This document shows positions 37,870 through 50,400 of a DNA stretch of 64,000 bases, one piece after another; position 1 is the first letter of the stretch; each line of letters begins with the position of its first letter. A program made the position numbers and the translations under genes. The stretch spans positions 29,946,001-30,010,000 of the forward strand of contig NC_042997.1 of assembly GCF_006345805.1 (NCBI RefSeq), read 5' to 3'. The stretch comes from Octopus sinensis. Taxonomy: Eukaryota. The notes under the pieces were generated by a model. The model saw only the letters and a program-made list of their open reading frames with translations. It was not told where the DNA came from and made no database searches.

Positions 37870-38135
37870 TATAGGCTCAGGCCGACGAAAGCCTTGTGAG
37901 TAGATTTCGTACACGGAAACAGAATGAAAACTGTCGTATATATGTGTATATTTATGTGTTTGTGTTTGTACCCCCATCATTGATTGACAACCGATGTTGC
38001 TGTGTCTACGCTCCATTAACTTAGCAGTTCGACAAAAGACGATGATACAATGAATACTATGCATGCAAAGAGTAAATTATGTGGCTCTAACATAGCCGCA
38101 GTCACATGACTGAAGCAAATAAAACAATAAAAATC
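37870..38135 (+). mobile_element. Old, diverged SINE family A copy
   Basis: GCCGACGAAAGCCTTGTGAGTAGATTT...ACAACCGATG...GCCGCAGTCACATGACTGAAG. Confidence 0.75.
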
Positions 38136-38508
38136 TCTGCCATTTTAATCCCGAGAAAGGTCGAGTATTTGTGCTAGTATACATACACACACATGTTTCT
38201 ATATATACATATATATATACATATATATAATACATATATATACATATATGTATGTATGTAGATATATATATAATAATATATATATATATATATGTATTTA
38301 TGTAGGCATGTATGTATGTATATCAATATACAGTCGTGTCCAAGCGTTTTGCCAAATTTTTAAAAAATTAAAGTTGTTATGCCCAAGTGCAATTCGATTC
38401 AAATATAAGTTTGATATTAATTTTGGGTATTTAATATAAAAATCTATTTTTTACACCTATGTTCCAAACATTTTCTCATGAATGTTTATATGTGGATATA
38501 TATATATA

Positions 38509-38680
38509 TTGGTTTGGCAACTAAGTTCCCGCCGTTAATTAAATTTTGGAATTTATTGCGTTTTTAGAATTTGAAATCTATTTTTTCCGAGAACTCTATT
38601 TTTGAATCATTTTGGAAACTATTTTTTTTTCTTTTAGTTAATTTTTATTTATTTTCAGATCATTAAAATGGAATGTACTG
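38509..38680 (+). mobile_element. Mariner 5' end fragment
   Basis: TA-TTGGTTTGGCAACTAAGTTCCCGCCG resembles the terminus at 37555. Confidence 0.5.
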
Positions 38681-38827
38681 TTGTGTCTAGGGACTGTCAT
38701 TTTCTTTTTGTGCCATATAATTTGACACACTCACCGGTAAAATTTCCACTTACTCCCAGACACAACAGAATATGCTTTAACACACGAACTCACATAAAGA
38801 ATCTTGCACACCAAATCCAAAAACGAA

Positions 38828-38874
<47 letters not shown>

Positions 38875-38932
38875 TGTATGTATGTATGTATGTATGTATG
38901 TATCTTGTAATCATCTGAAGAGGCACACCTAC

Positions 38933-39005
38933 ACCGTCGGATACTCCTACATGATTTGCTACGTATCCTAGCAGTGCAAGATCGATGCTAGACTGGTGGA
39001 AATAA
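38933..39005 (-). CDS. Candidate exon (YFHQSSIDLALLGYVANHVGVSDG), product unknown
   Basis: Strong acceptor GTTTATTACTCTCTACAG| and donor GGT|GTAGGT. Only the phase-2 frame is open, compatible with 43519-43710. Confidence 0.25.
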
Positions 39006-39081
39006 CTGTAGAGAGTAATAAACATTCTCGTATCAACCGACTTCCGTCACTCTCATTATTCATATATATATATATATATAT

Positions 39082-39881
39082 TATATAGAGAGCACTGTTA
39101 CACATAGATGCCACACGCTAGGAGGGACTCTTAAAGTCAAAACTACTAAAAAAAAAATTGGTTTCGGTACGATGTGTTTATTTATTTTAGTAGTTTTGAC
39201 TTTAAGAGTCCCTCCTAGCGTGTGGCATCTATGTGTAAGAGTGCTCTCTATATATATATAATAAATAAATAAATTTAAAGAGAAAAAAATTGATATTTTT
39301 TTCTCTTTTCGAGGTTTTTCACGCTAACTACTTGATACATTCTTACGAAGATTTTATCCGATTTTTAAATTGTAAATTTAACCGGAGTATATTCAATAAT
39401 GAATTTTTATTCCGAATAATCACGTTGTTACCGAAATGCAATTCGAAAAGCCCGCCATTTACATAGATGTGTAAGGGGTAAACATTCCTACATGCTGCGT
39501 TGGATACACTAGCTGTTCGCCTGGTATGTTGTTTTTGTTTATTCACTGTATATATCTTGAATTATGCTTGCACTGAGGAGTAAAAAATGCATAAAACTGC
39601 ACTTATTACGAAATCACAGTGATATGCGGCTAAATTCTGTTTTTAAATTACCTGCTTCGAGAATTGGTTTCGGTACGATGTGTTTATTTATTTTAGTAGT
39701 TTTGACTTTAAGAGTCCCTCCTAGCGTGTGGCATCTATGTGTAAGAGTGCTCTCTATATAATATAAATAAATAAATTTAAAGAGAAAAAAATTGATGGTT
39801 TTTTTTCTCTTATGAGGTTTTTCACGCTAACTACTTGATAAATTCTTACGAAGATTTTATCTTATTTTTAAATTGTAAATT
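39082..39881 (+). mobile_element. ORF-less hammerhead-bearing repeat unit (retrozyme-like or non-autonomous Penelope derivative)
   Basis: Direct repeats of about 220 bp at 39156-39378 and 39662-39881 (period about 506). An inverted partial copy at 39082-39152 pairs with 39185-39255. The hammerhead lies between the direct repeats. Confidence 0.7.
39559..39637 (+). ncRNA. Type I hammerhead ribozyme, intact core
   Basis: GAATTatgcTTGCA-CTGAGGA-GTAA aaaa TGCA taaaac TGCA ctta TTAC-GAAA-TCA CAG TGA-TA^TGCGG-ct-AAATTC. All three helices pair, and the putative cleavage triplet is AUA after 39624. Confidence 0.75.
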
Positions 39882-39896
39882 ATATATATATATAAA

Positions 39897-40140
39897 TTGG
39901 GTTGTCCGGAAAGTTCGTGCCGATTTATAGTAGCATACCTTTCGACTTATTTTAGAACATGGTTGAGTCCATAAAATAGGATTTGACGACACCTCCATTT
40001 AGAGCACAGTTTAAGCTATCTTTTCGTGGAAAAAGGTCTATGTTCCTATAACCAGTGTTAATTCTGTAATCCTTTAAAATGGAAGATAAGTATTTTTAAT
40101 GTTTAACACACTCCAACATTGTAAAAAAATTCTTTGAATA
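39897..40140 (+). mobile_element. Mariner-type terminal fragment
   Basis: TTGGGTTGTCCGGAAAGTTCGTGCCGATTT is a mariner-like TIR after a TA run. No coding part is visible. Confidence 0.5.
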
Positions 40141-40445
40141 CAAAAATAAAAATGCGTGAAAACCAGATTATGATTTTACTTTATTCAACTGGTATATTAC
40201 TCTATACTCATTTTGATAAATTTGGAAATATATATATATACATATATGCATATACATCTGTATATATGCAGGCACACACATACATTCACCCACACCCACC
40301 CACACATAAACACACACACACACACATATATGCATATATCTCCTTTCCTTCTTTCCTGAGCGTCCAATAATACTATATTTGTTCCACGTCCTCGCGTTGT
40401 GTTTTTTTGTGCTTTCTTGTTTGGATTAACTTTATATATATATAG

Positions 40446-40478
<33 letters not shown>

Positions 40479-40491
40479 ATATATATATATG

Positions 40492-41265
40492 CAGGGTGGG
40501 TGGAAAGTAACCAGGCTTATAGAATTTTAGCATCACTGAAGTCATGGCGAAACTATTTTTTAAACAGGGATTTTTATTTTCTTATTGTCTTATTCCTTAC
40601 TTTCCATAGGGCCGGTCACTTGATTGTTCATGAGCGAACTACGAAAGCAGCACGCTATGAAGTGTGGAATTCCATTGTTTTTGTTCAAAGATGGTGGCGT
40701 GCATAGAAATGTAAGCATGCAACACTACTTCCGGATACAATAAAAAGTTGTTATGCAAAGCTGATGAACCACGGGCTCTGTGAACGCTGGAAGAAGAAGC
40801 AGCCGTCCAACCACATCTCAATCAGCAGAGAACGTAACAATGTTTAATCGCAGCCGCAAAATACGTCAAGCAGCTCGTGAAAGTGCACTAACAAGACATA
40901 CAATACGTACAGTGTTGTATAAAGAATTGAATTTTCTTCTGTGGAAACGCCATTACGTGCAAGATCTGAACTATGAAGATAGTGACCGCAGAAGTCCAGA
41001 TCTCACTGTGAATACAAGACAAAATCTCGCACACTGAAGGAGTTAGCGACACGGATTCAGGAGGTCATCCTCAATGATATCCCAGACGACGTCCTTTAGA
41101 AGGTTGTTCATTCCATCCCTGGCAATATGAGGAAACGGATTGACGCCAGCGGTTCATACGTTGAAATATGAAGATTTACTTTTTCCATACAATAAAGAAC
41201 ATGTATCATTTGTTTAAATAAATTTGTAAAAGAAATATGGATTTTATTACCAACTTTTAATGCCT
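40492..41265 (+). mobile_element. Degenerate, internally deleted Tc1/mariner-superfamily element
   Basis: CAGGGTGG start and peptides RQAARESALTRHTIRTVLYKELNFLLWKRHYVQDLNYEDSDRR and IPDDVL*KVVHSIP...DASGSYVEI*. Confidence 0.65.
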
Positions 41266-41279
41266 ACTTATTTTTCACT

Positions 41280-41290
41280 CACACTGCATG

Positions 41291-41326
<36 letters not shown>

Positions 41327-41757
41327 CATACACAAACATATAAACACGCATCAGAATGTGCATATACATACACACATACAGGCAGTTATATACGCATATG
41401 TATATATAAACATACACATACATACATATATATATGCATATACATACATATATATACACTTATACACACATATTTACATATATATATATATATATATATA
41501 ATATATATATATATGTACATATACACATAAAAACATATTCACATGCATATGTCAATGTACGTACATGGCTCTCAATCCTTATACCTTTGAATGTACACAC
41601 ACATATATATGCATACAAACACACATTTATACATACACATGCACATATACACACACACATATGTGCATGTACATATATATATACATATACATATCTACAC
41701 AAACACACACCTGTATACATATACACGCACATTCATACACGTACGCATATATATATT

Positions 41758-41820
<63 letters not shown>

Positions 41821-41882
41821 TGTTTTCCTTCCATGCCAGTATTAATTTATTACTTTAGTGATTCTCTTCTGGCGTATATATA

Positions 41883-41918
<36 letters not shown>

Positions 41919-42652
41919 TATATATATATACATATATATATATATACACATACATACATACACATATACATATACTTACACTCAATCATACATACATACA
42001 TATACACATATACATATAGACATATCTCAATACACACACAAACATATACACACATATCTTTATACTTATTTTTATTTTGTGTATATATATATCTTTGCAA
42101 ATTTGTAAAACGAATATGTATTTTATTACCAACTGGCGTAGGAGCATGTATGTATAAGTATGTATATATATATGTGCGTGTGTGTCTGTCTGTGTATATA
42201 TGTTTATATGTATTTATACGTGTGTGTGAGTATGTATTTGTACACATATACGAATATATGTATGTGTGTGAGTGTGCGTATATATATGTGTGTATTTATG
42301 CATATCTATATACATGTATGTATGTGTGTATGTGTGTGTATAAATATATACATACAAAAGCAAGTGGGAAAAAGAAGAAAAAGAGGAAGAGGAGGAGGAG
42401 AAAGAAGAGAGAAGAAGAAGAAGAACAACAACAACAACAACTACTACTACTACACTACAACAACAACAGCAACAAGAGGAACGAAGAAAGAAGGTAAAGA
42501 AGGTGAAGAAGAAGAGGACGAAAAAGTAAATGAAATCTAGGAAAAATATAAATGAAAACGTAAACACAAAATAAGAATAAAGATAAGATATGTATGTATA
42601 TTGAGATATGTCTATGTATATATGTGTGTGTGTGTATATGTATGTATGTATG

Positions 42653-42686
<34 letters not shown>

Positions 42687-42920
42687 TGTATATGTGTATA
42701 TTTATGTATGATTGAGTGTAAGTATATATGTATATGTGTAAGTATATATATATGTCTCTCTCTATATATATATATGGATGTGTGCACATATGGATGTGTG
42801 TATACATATATATATATATATATATATATGTGTATATGTATACATGTATGTATTGGTATGTATCTATATCTATATACATGCATGTACGTGTGTGTCTGTA
42901 TGTGTGTATATATATTTACA
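41280..42920. repeat. Compound low-complexity tract (TA/CA, GA, TG, GAA/CAA/CTA runs)
   Basis: Direct reading. Confidence 0.95.
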
Positions 42921-43237
42921 TACATAAACAAAATCATCAATATTGAGTCAAACGCACGTGTTATTCAAATCTTTATACTTCCGACATATGTTTCGAAGAA
43001 ATTATTGATATTCATCCGGAGGGAATAAAATGATGTAAAACAATGCATTCTTCTCGTTAGGAAAAAAAAGAGAAACAAAACACATCGATAAGCCATTTTA
43101 ACCGAATCTTATTGCACAAAAACATTTCACTTAACCCTGGAATTTCTACCTTTATAAGTATAGTATCTATAATATCCTTGGCACTTATGTGAATTTTCAC
43201 TACCCTGGTAACCATTGAAAGAATGCACCCACAAACA

Positions 43238-43285
<48 letters not shown>

Positions 43286-43372
43286 TACACACACACACAA
43301 ACATACACACATACACACAACATACACACACACACACACACGCAAACATACACACACAACACACACAAACAT

Positions 43373-43417
<45 letters not shown>

Positions 43418-43518
43418 CTTATGCCTGTATTAATTTATTCATTTAGTAAATTTTTTCTGGCGTAGGAGTAATTTAATTAATTTTACACTTTTATTATTAA
43501 TTTGAAATTATAATTTAC

Positions 43519-43710
43519 TCTATGATAGAATACTGCTGTTTTCTGCGGTACTGTTCGTAACATACACGTGGGTACAAGGGATGAATAGTGATTTCACATT
43601 CGGCTGTGTAAATTTTGGAAGTGTTGGTTTGATATCTGTTGCACGATATCGCTCCATCGTGTGCATATTTAACCCTGGCACCTTCAAATTTTATAATTGG
43701 AAATGCTACA
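43519..43710 (-). CDS. Candidate 192-nt phase 2-2 exon (VAFPIIKFEGARVKYAHDGAISCNRYQTNTSKIYTAECEITIHPLYPRVCYEQYRRKQQYSII), product unknown
   Basis: Strong acceptor AATTACTTCTCTCTTCAG| and donor GA|GTAAAT (alternative CGT|GTATGT). Only one minus frame is open; the sequence is non-repetitive and higher in GC than its flanks. Confidence 0.33.
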
Positions 43711-44029
43711 CTGAAGAGAGAAGTAATTTTAAAACACACTTTAATCTCGAAACGCGTCTGTGGCTAATCGGAGTCGTGTTGATTCATTGTTTTCTCTTTG
43801 CCTACATAAAAAAGTGTCTTACTCTTCTGGTGATTCTTACAGCAATAGAAAGGGAATTTTTAACTCCTATTTCTTAATTCAGTATGTGCTGAAGCAATTA
43901 GCTGCTCCCTAATAATAATTATGTTTATAATTATAGAATTTATATATATATATGTGTGTGTGTGTGTGTACATGCAATGATATAAAATTTAAGAGGCATG
44001 TAAGTATATTAGTATGTGTATGTGTGTGT

Positions 44030-44410
44030 GGCACTCCGTCGGTTACGACGACCAGGGTTCCACTTGATCCGATCATCGGAAGAGCCAGCTCGTGAAATTG
44101 ACGTGCAAATGGCTGAGCACTCCACAGACAGGTGTACCCTTAATGTAGTTCTCGGGGAGATACAGCGTGACACAGAGAGTGACAAGGCTGGCCCTTTCAA
44201 ATACGGGGACAACAGAGACAGGAAGAAAGGGAGCGAAAGTTATGATTAAAGGGTTCAGCAGAGTTCATCACCACCCCCTGCCAGAGCCTTGTGGTGGTTT
44301 TGGCTTTTTCGCTCGGTAAACACTCATAACGTTCAGTCTGAGAATTGAAACAGCGATCCTATGACCGCAAACCCACTTCTCTAACCACTGGACCATTGCG
44401 CTTCCACTGT
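44030..44410 (-). mobile_element. SINE with the family C tRNA head but a different 3' module
   Basis: 44200-44410 aligns with 34345-34515 and has an A-box-like TGGTCCAGTGG and a B-box-like GTTTCAATTC on the minus strand. 44030-44195 is unrelated to the 34195-34335 module. Confidence 0.7.
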
Positions 44411-44443
44411 TTGTATACTTATGTATACATATCTATATATATA

Positions 44444-44614
44444 GGCGCAGGAGTGGCTGTGTGGTAAGTAACTTGCTAACCAATCACATGGTTGCGGGTT
44501 CAGTCCCACTACGTGGCATCTTGGGCAAGTGTCTTCTGCTATAGCCCCGGGCCGACCAATGCCTTGTGAGTGGATTTGGTAGACGGAAACTGAAAGAAGC
44601 TTGTCGTATATATG

Positions 44615-44649
<35 letters not shown>

Positions 44650-44855
44650 TTGTGTGTCTGTGTTTGTCCCCCTAGCATTGCTTGACAACCGATGCTGGTG
44701 TGTTTACATCCCCGTCATTTAGCGGTTCGGCATAAGAGACCGATAGAAGTACTGGGCTGACAAAGAATAAGTCCCGGGGTCGATTTGCTCGACTAAAGGC
44801 AGTGCTCCAGCATGGCCGCAGTCAAATGACTGAAACAAGTAAAAGAATAAAAGAA
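44444..44855 (+). mobile_element. tRNA-derived SINE, family A
   Basis: Full-length match. Confidence 0.9.
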
Positions 44856-46184
44856 AAAAAAGAATATATATATTTGTGTGTGTGTGTGTGGGTGGGTGTG
44901 TTTGTAAACCATACCACCTGTGAGAACTGAAGGTGCATTCCTGTGTAAACACCCTAATAGGAACACAATTACAACCCGACTACTTGGAAGCAGTAATTAT
45001 TAAACAAGCTGTCATCAGCACAGTACATAATATTGTAAGAAATTTAATTTTATTTAACCCAAATAAATAAACATTCAGAATATTTGTAGAGTTACATTCC
45101 CTCTAAAAACGCACGCACGCTGCCCATGCACACACACACACATGTACACACACATACACACATACATACATACATACATACATACATACATACATACATA
45201 CATACATACATACATACATACATACATACATACATACATACACATTACATATTCAGGCATATAAGCAAACATTTAACCGTCAATATGATACCTCGGCTTA
45301 GTTGCCTGTCATGCATAAATTCATCACGAAAATCTTTTGAGATAAATTTTTAAACCAAAGAAAATGACTTGGTTTGCCAACATTCCTAAGAAGATCAATA
45401 AGCAACTTGTTGAATGCACGAGAATGCTACTGTTCAAAAGATCGCTGATATCAGCAATACACTGTTTATTGGTTCTTAAGTCAGATAAATTCAATAATTT
45501 ATTTTAATGTCTTATCAATGCTATTTCCATTGGCAAGTGTTATTTTTGCTTCGTTACGTTTAAAGTTTTGGAACCATTTATATCAATTATATCAGCGATG
45601 GCTTTCTTATCGAAGCAGGATTTTAAACTTAGTTATAGACGATTAAATATTTCTTAGCACATGCGGATATTTTACTCTATCAACCGTGGACGATACGGTT
45701 GGACTTTATAATATTTAAACTCAGAATTAGAATGCTAAACTCAAATAGCAGGAGGCATTTTTGTTCGATATTTTCTCCTTATATGAATAATACTATAAAG
45801 TTTACATTGAACATCGACACTTCACTTATATAACGCCTTAACGTCGACTTTACATATTCAGCATAACGAATGAAAATGGGTTAAATTATGAATGTTTAAG
45901 TATACATTATGTACATAAATGTACGGATTTGTCATAAAGCCAGAGCGTGGTTGTTACATTTCTCAATTTTCATAGAAAGAGAATCATAACCAGAAAATTG
46001 GATATTTTCTTATTAAATTCTTGCGATAGATATCTTCCTACAATATTGTTTCCTTTGCGGAAATGTTGTTCCGGATACATTTACTATTAGAAGATGCCAG
46101 AATAAAAGAAATCAATCTGCATTGATAGATTCACTGAAAATTGAGAGCATATTGGGTCGTGCTAGCCATTTCCTTTACGATTAC

Positions 46185-46284
46185 CAAACAGTTGTGGAGT
46201 CTAAATTACTTGTCATGTATAGCCTGAATAATTTCGTCTCTAGCATTTCGGCAATTGTATTTCCGTCTGAATGTAGCTTCAGAA
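46185..46284 (-). CDS. Candidate exon (LKLHSDGNTIAEMLETKLFRLYMTSNLDSTTV; alternative 46210-46284 SEATFRRKYNCRNARDEIIQAIHD)
   Basis: Acceptor GCTTTCTTTTTAG| with donors TG|GTAATC or AA|GTAATT, both ending in phase 2. The frame is ambiguous. Confidence 0.18.
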
Positions 46285-46634
46285 CTAAAAAGAAAGCTTT
46301 TATTTTATTTTTTTGGTGGCGAAATTTACGTTCTTGGATATCGTTATTCGATCAGCAATAAGAGAGACGTGCGTTAAGGAGAAAACTTTCAGTAAATGAT
46401 ATATGAAATAATCTGTGCAGACATAAACCGGATTGTGATGTTATTATTTGAAAATTACCGAACGTTGACAATAGGATTCACTGATATAAACACCGCTGAT
46501 ACGTTCGGTGAAGTGAATCATGCGAAGTTAATAAGATGAAAAAATTTGATGCTACCATAATCACTTTAAGAGTTTTACATTCTCTGATTTGACACGTACA
46601 AACAGTTGCGTATATGTGTGTAAACGTGTATGTA

Positions 46635-46675
<41 letters not shown>

Positions 46676-46831
46676 CTACAAGTTCTGCACATTTTCCGTT
46701 TAACACATTTACCCACAAGATATTGGTGCGCATGGTGCACTGCAGAGGCACCAAAATACGGAATCAGTGATTTTGAGGGAACATAGCAACCCCACAAACA
46801 TAACAGCAGCACACACATACACACATATACA

Positions 46832-49334
46832 TTTAGTCATCCCATAAATAATGCAGTTTTTTTAATATCAGGTCATCCCATAAGTTCTGTCCGAATTTTG
46901 AATAAAGTAATCAAATTTTATATTTAATTGAAATTTAATCATCAATGTACTTTCCTTGATTATCTATGACTTCCTTACATCTATTTATAAGCTTTTCAAT
47001 CCCATCAATGTAAAACTCTTTTGGTTTCAAAACGAAGAACTCTGAAATGTCAGTTTCGATCTCCTCCTTCCTTGCGAAAGTTATGTCCCCCAAATGATTC
47101 TGTAAACTACGAAACAAATAGTAGTCTGAAGGAGCGAGGTCGGGAGAATAAGGTGGATGAGGAATGTTTTCCCAACGAAGCACTTCGATCTTCTGTTATG
47201 TGATCTTTTCAGTGTGAGGTCGCACATAGTCCTGATGAAACATCACTCCTTTTCGATTCACTAAAGTTTGGTTCTTTTCTTCAAAGCTTGGTTCAAACGC
47301 TCTAATTGCTGACAGTAGGCTTGAGCATTGATTGTTGCATTAGGTGGTAACACTTCAATCCTTTGCAATCCCACCATTTAGAGAGAAGAACCTTTTTTCC
47401 ATGAAGTTCCCTTCTCGGTTGTGGTTGAGCTTTTTCCCTCTTACCAAGCCACTGTTTACGACGTTTAATATTTCGATAGAAGATCCATTTTTCGTCACCA
47501 GTCACAAGTCTATCCAAAAAGGGTGAAATGAGTTCGAGAGAATGGAGAGAAGAGCAGATGTCAATTCGAGATTTGCGGTTGCTTTTGAACAAATCATGAG
47601 ACACACATTTTCCAAGTTTAGGAACCTTTCCAAGTTGTTGAAGATGACGATGGACAGTTGTATGGTTTGAACTAAACTTTCTTGTCAATTCTTCAACTGA
47701 TAATTCAGGATTTTCTTCAAGTAATGCATCAAGGAGCTTATCATCAAACTCAACTAGACGTCCTGTTTGATCTTCATCTTCAAGGCTGAAATCTCCACTT
47801 CTGAATTTTGCAAACCATCTTCTGCAAGTTCTTTTATTCAAGCATTTCCCCCATAAACTGAGTGTATGTATCGAGTCGCTTCCGCTGCAAAGTTTCCTTT
47901 TTTGTACTCATAAAGCATTATGTACCTTAAATGCTCTTTGGATACTCCCATGTTAGAAAGGGTTTTAATCAAAAATAATTAATTCTATTATTCTGTAAAA
48001 TAATATTTAATTAGTTTAAATGTACAGAAATGCATAAAAATAATGTTTAATTCCATTAAACATTCTAAAATACTATAAAATTTCATTCAATTTTAAAAAA
48101 TGTAAAATCGGACAGAACTTATGGGATAACCTGATGCTTTATTTTTCAAAATTAAGACAAAGTTCTTTTTAATGTAAAACTTATTCTCCTTCATTTTCTA
48201 CAATGATGTTCCATCTATCTGGTAGACTTGCAAGGCTCCTCTTCCAAAATTCCTTTGTCCGTGTCGAAAAGTAATCCTCTACTACTGTTCTGACCTCTCG
48301 AAAGAATTCATGTATTTTCCGTCCAAATGATTTTGACGACTGCGGAATAAATGATAATCAGACGGGGCAATGTCCTGCGAATATGGTAGTTGAGGCATCG
48401 TTTCCGATTCAAACTACTCCAGCCTTTGGAATGCCATCCTCGCTGTATGTGGCCCAATATTATCCTGATGGAAGGACACCTTTCGTCTTGAAACCAAAGA
48501 TGGTCGTTTTTCTTCTTGAGCTGATTTAAGCTGCTCGAGCTGCTCGTAAGAGTTGTCTTTTGTTATCGTTTGGTTTAGGTTTAAAACTTCAAAGTGGACT
48601 AAACCTTTCATATCTGTCTAAACAGATAACAACGCCTTACGTGGGTGAAGACTTTCTTTATCCTGAGGTGCCGGTATTTCTGTTTTCCCTAGCCACTGTC
48701 TTCGGCACTTGACATTTTTATAGAGAAGCTATTTCTCGTCACCAGTCACTACTCGGTCCAATAAAGGTTCATTCGTGAGATGTGGCAGCAAAGAAGAGCT
48801 CACATTCACACTCGGGAAGTTTGTGAGGAACACATTGGCCCAATTTGCTCACTTTTCCGATGGTATGCAGATGTCAATGAATGATTGAATGACTAAATCC
48901 AAGCATCTCGGATACTTTCTCCGCTGTTACGATGGGATTTTTCTCCACCAAGGTTTAACGGATGTCCTCGTCGAGCTCTATTGATCTTCCAGGACGAAGC
49001 TTGTCTTCTAGGCTGCAGTTTCCAGGACGGAATTTCTGGAGCTACAGTTGATTCTAACGCATATTGTTCGATCACAATATATTGCATTAATATTCCTTAC
49101 ATTTTTCGTTGTTGCCTTTATTGAACTCATAATGCAAAATATGCCGAGTATGCTCCTTTGTCACTTCCATTATAGCTTTGAAAAAATAACTATGAAAATC
49201 GAACTGCACTCTTCAAAACTTGCACTAAGAATAAGGAGGTAAATTACTAGCTGCTTTATAACAGCTTATCCTGTCCCCCTCCAACTTTTAGCTCATGCAA
49301 TTGAAAAAACCGCATAATTTATAGGATGACCCAA
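46832..49334 (-). mobile_element. Outer mariner element (decayed), interrupted by a second mariner
   Basis: TIRs TTTAGTCATCCCATAAATAATGCAGTTTTTT (46832) and AAAAAACCGCATAATTTATAGGATGACCCAA-TA (ending 49334). Minus peptides VTGDEK*LLY, SFHQDNIGPHTAR and YSQDIAPSDYHLFR lie within 48135-49100. About 1.24 kb once the insert is removed. Confidence 0.85.
46868..48134 (-). mobile_element. Inner mariner element, 1267 bp, transposase pseudogene
   Basis: 27-bp TIRs TCAGGT(C/T)ATCCCATAAGTTCTGTCCGA. Minus peptides MGVSKEHLRYIMLYEYKKGN, LVTGDEKWIFY and PHPPYSPDLAPSDYYLFRSL, with frameshifts. Confidence 0.95.
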
Positions 49335-49899
49335 TATACATATATATATAATTCATACGGATGTGTGTGTATGTGTGTGCGTATATGTGAATGTATGTAT
49401 ATGTGTATATATATATATAATGTATATGTATGTATATGTATTATATATATACATACAAACATACATACACACATATACACACACACAAATACACACACAA
49501 ATCTCTATATATAATGATCCAAGTCGACTCCCTTTGCTTTGAATAAACATCGATAAAGTAAAGAGGGGGCATCCATGCATGGATAATTACTAGTTTTATT
49601 CAAAAACACATTGTTCCATCCTCCGCATATATGTGCAAAAGTGTAAGAATGTTACAACTGATCCCATATTCTGTGTGTGTATTGCGTGCGTATCCGTGTG
49701 TGTGTGTGTGTGTGTGTGTTTATATACATACATACATATGTCTGTACGTATGTGCTATATCATATATACAGAGAGTTAATGATGCATCTGCAAGGGGAAA
49801 TCTTTCAAGAACAACATCACACAGTCATGAGCGTTAAGTCAAGACCACAGTGAGAAGACATAAGAAGATATAAAACAATTTCAATATGTTTTATAATGC

Positions 49900-50400
49900 A
49901 GCATTGCATAAAGATCTCACAATGTTAGATTATAATGTAAACTCTACAGACAAAACGCCGACATTATAAGTCACTCTGGCATTGGTGGAATATATGAAGT
50001 AGATCAATAAATCATTATTTTTTCTCAAAGAAGCGATTTAGTATTCAACGTCACTCTCTTCCTGGAACAGTCAAGAGAATTACTTCCGTGGAAGAGCCCG
50101 CTCTACATAACAAAAAATACTCACCATATTATATATTGATAAACCAAAAGCATAGACATTTTGCGAAACATTCTATAAAGCAAAATATCTATTCCAACAG
50201 TGAATCTGACATAGAATTTACAAATCAAATTCAAGAAAATAAAAATTATTAGCAGATGAGATAATTAAACACCTAAAGCAAATAGAATACAGGCAGACAT
50301 AAATTTAACAAATACGTGAAATGCAGAAACCACACAATAATGAACAAACAGAAGAAAAGCGGAACATGATTAGACCTTTCGTGCAAACAACATTAAAGAA
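49900..50400 (+). mobile_element. Heavily decayed CR1-like RT fragment
   Basis: Frame-broken GIGGI..., SSWK..., GS.LGPL and YID-like order of RT motifs. Read by eye. Confidence 0.35.

Noticed and set aside
42360-42540. Purine-rich K/R/E/Q/N-encoding stretch
   Set aside because: Compound trinucleotide repeats embedded in microsatellite, with no splice support.
43581-43877. Plus-strand ORF with ISVARYRSIV, resembling GPCR TM3 (DRY region)
   Set aside because: No Cys at 3.25, no ICL2/TM4 pattern afterwards and no other TM exons. The strongest splice signal here is on the minus strand, so this is probably an antisense open frame.
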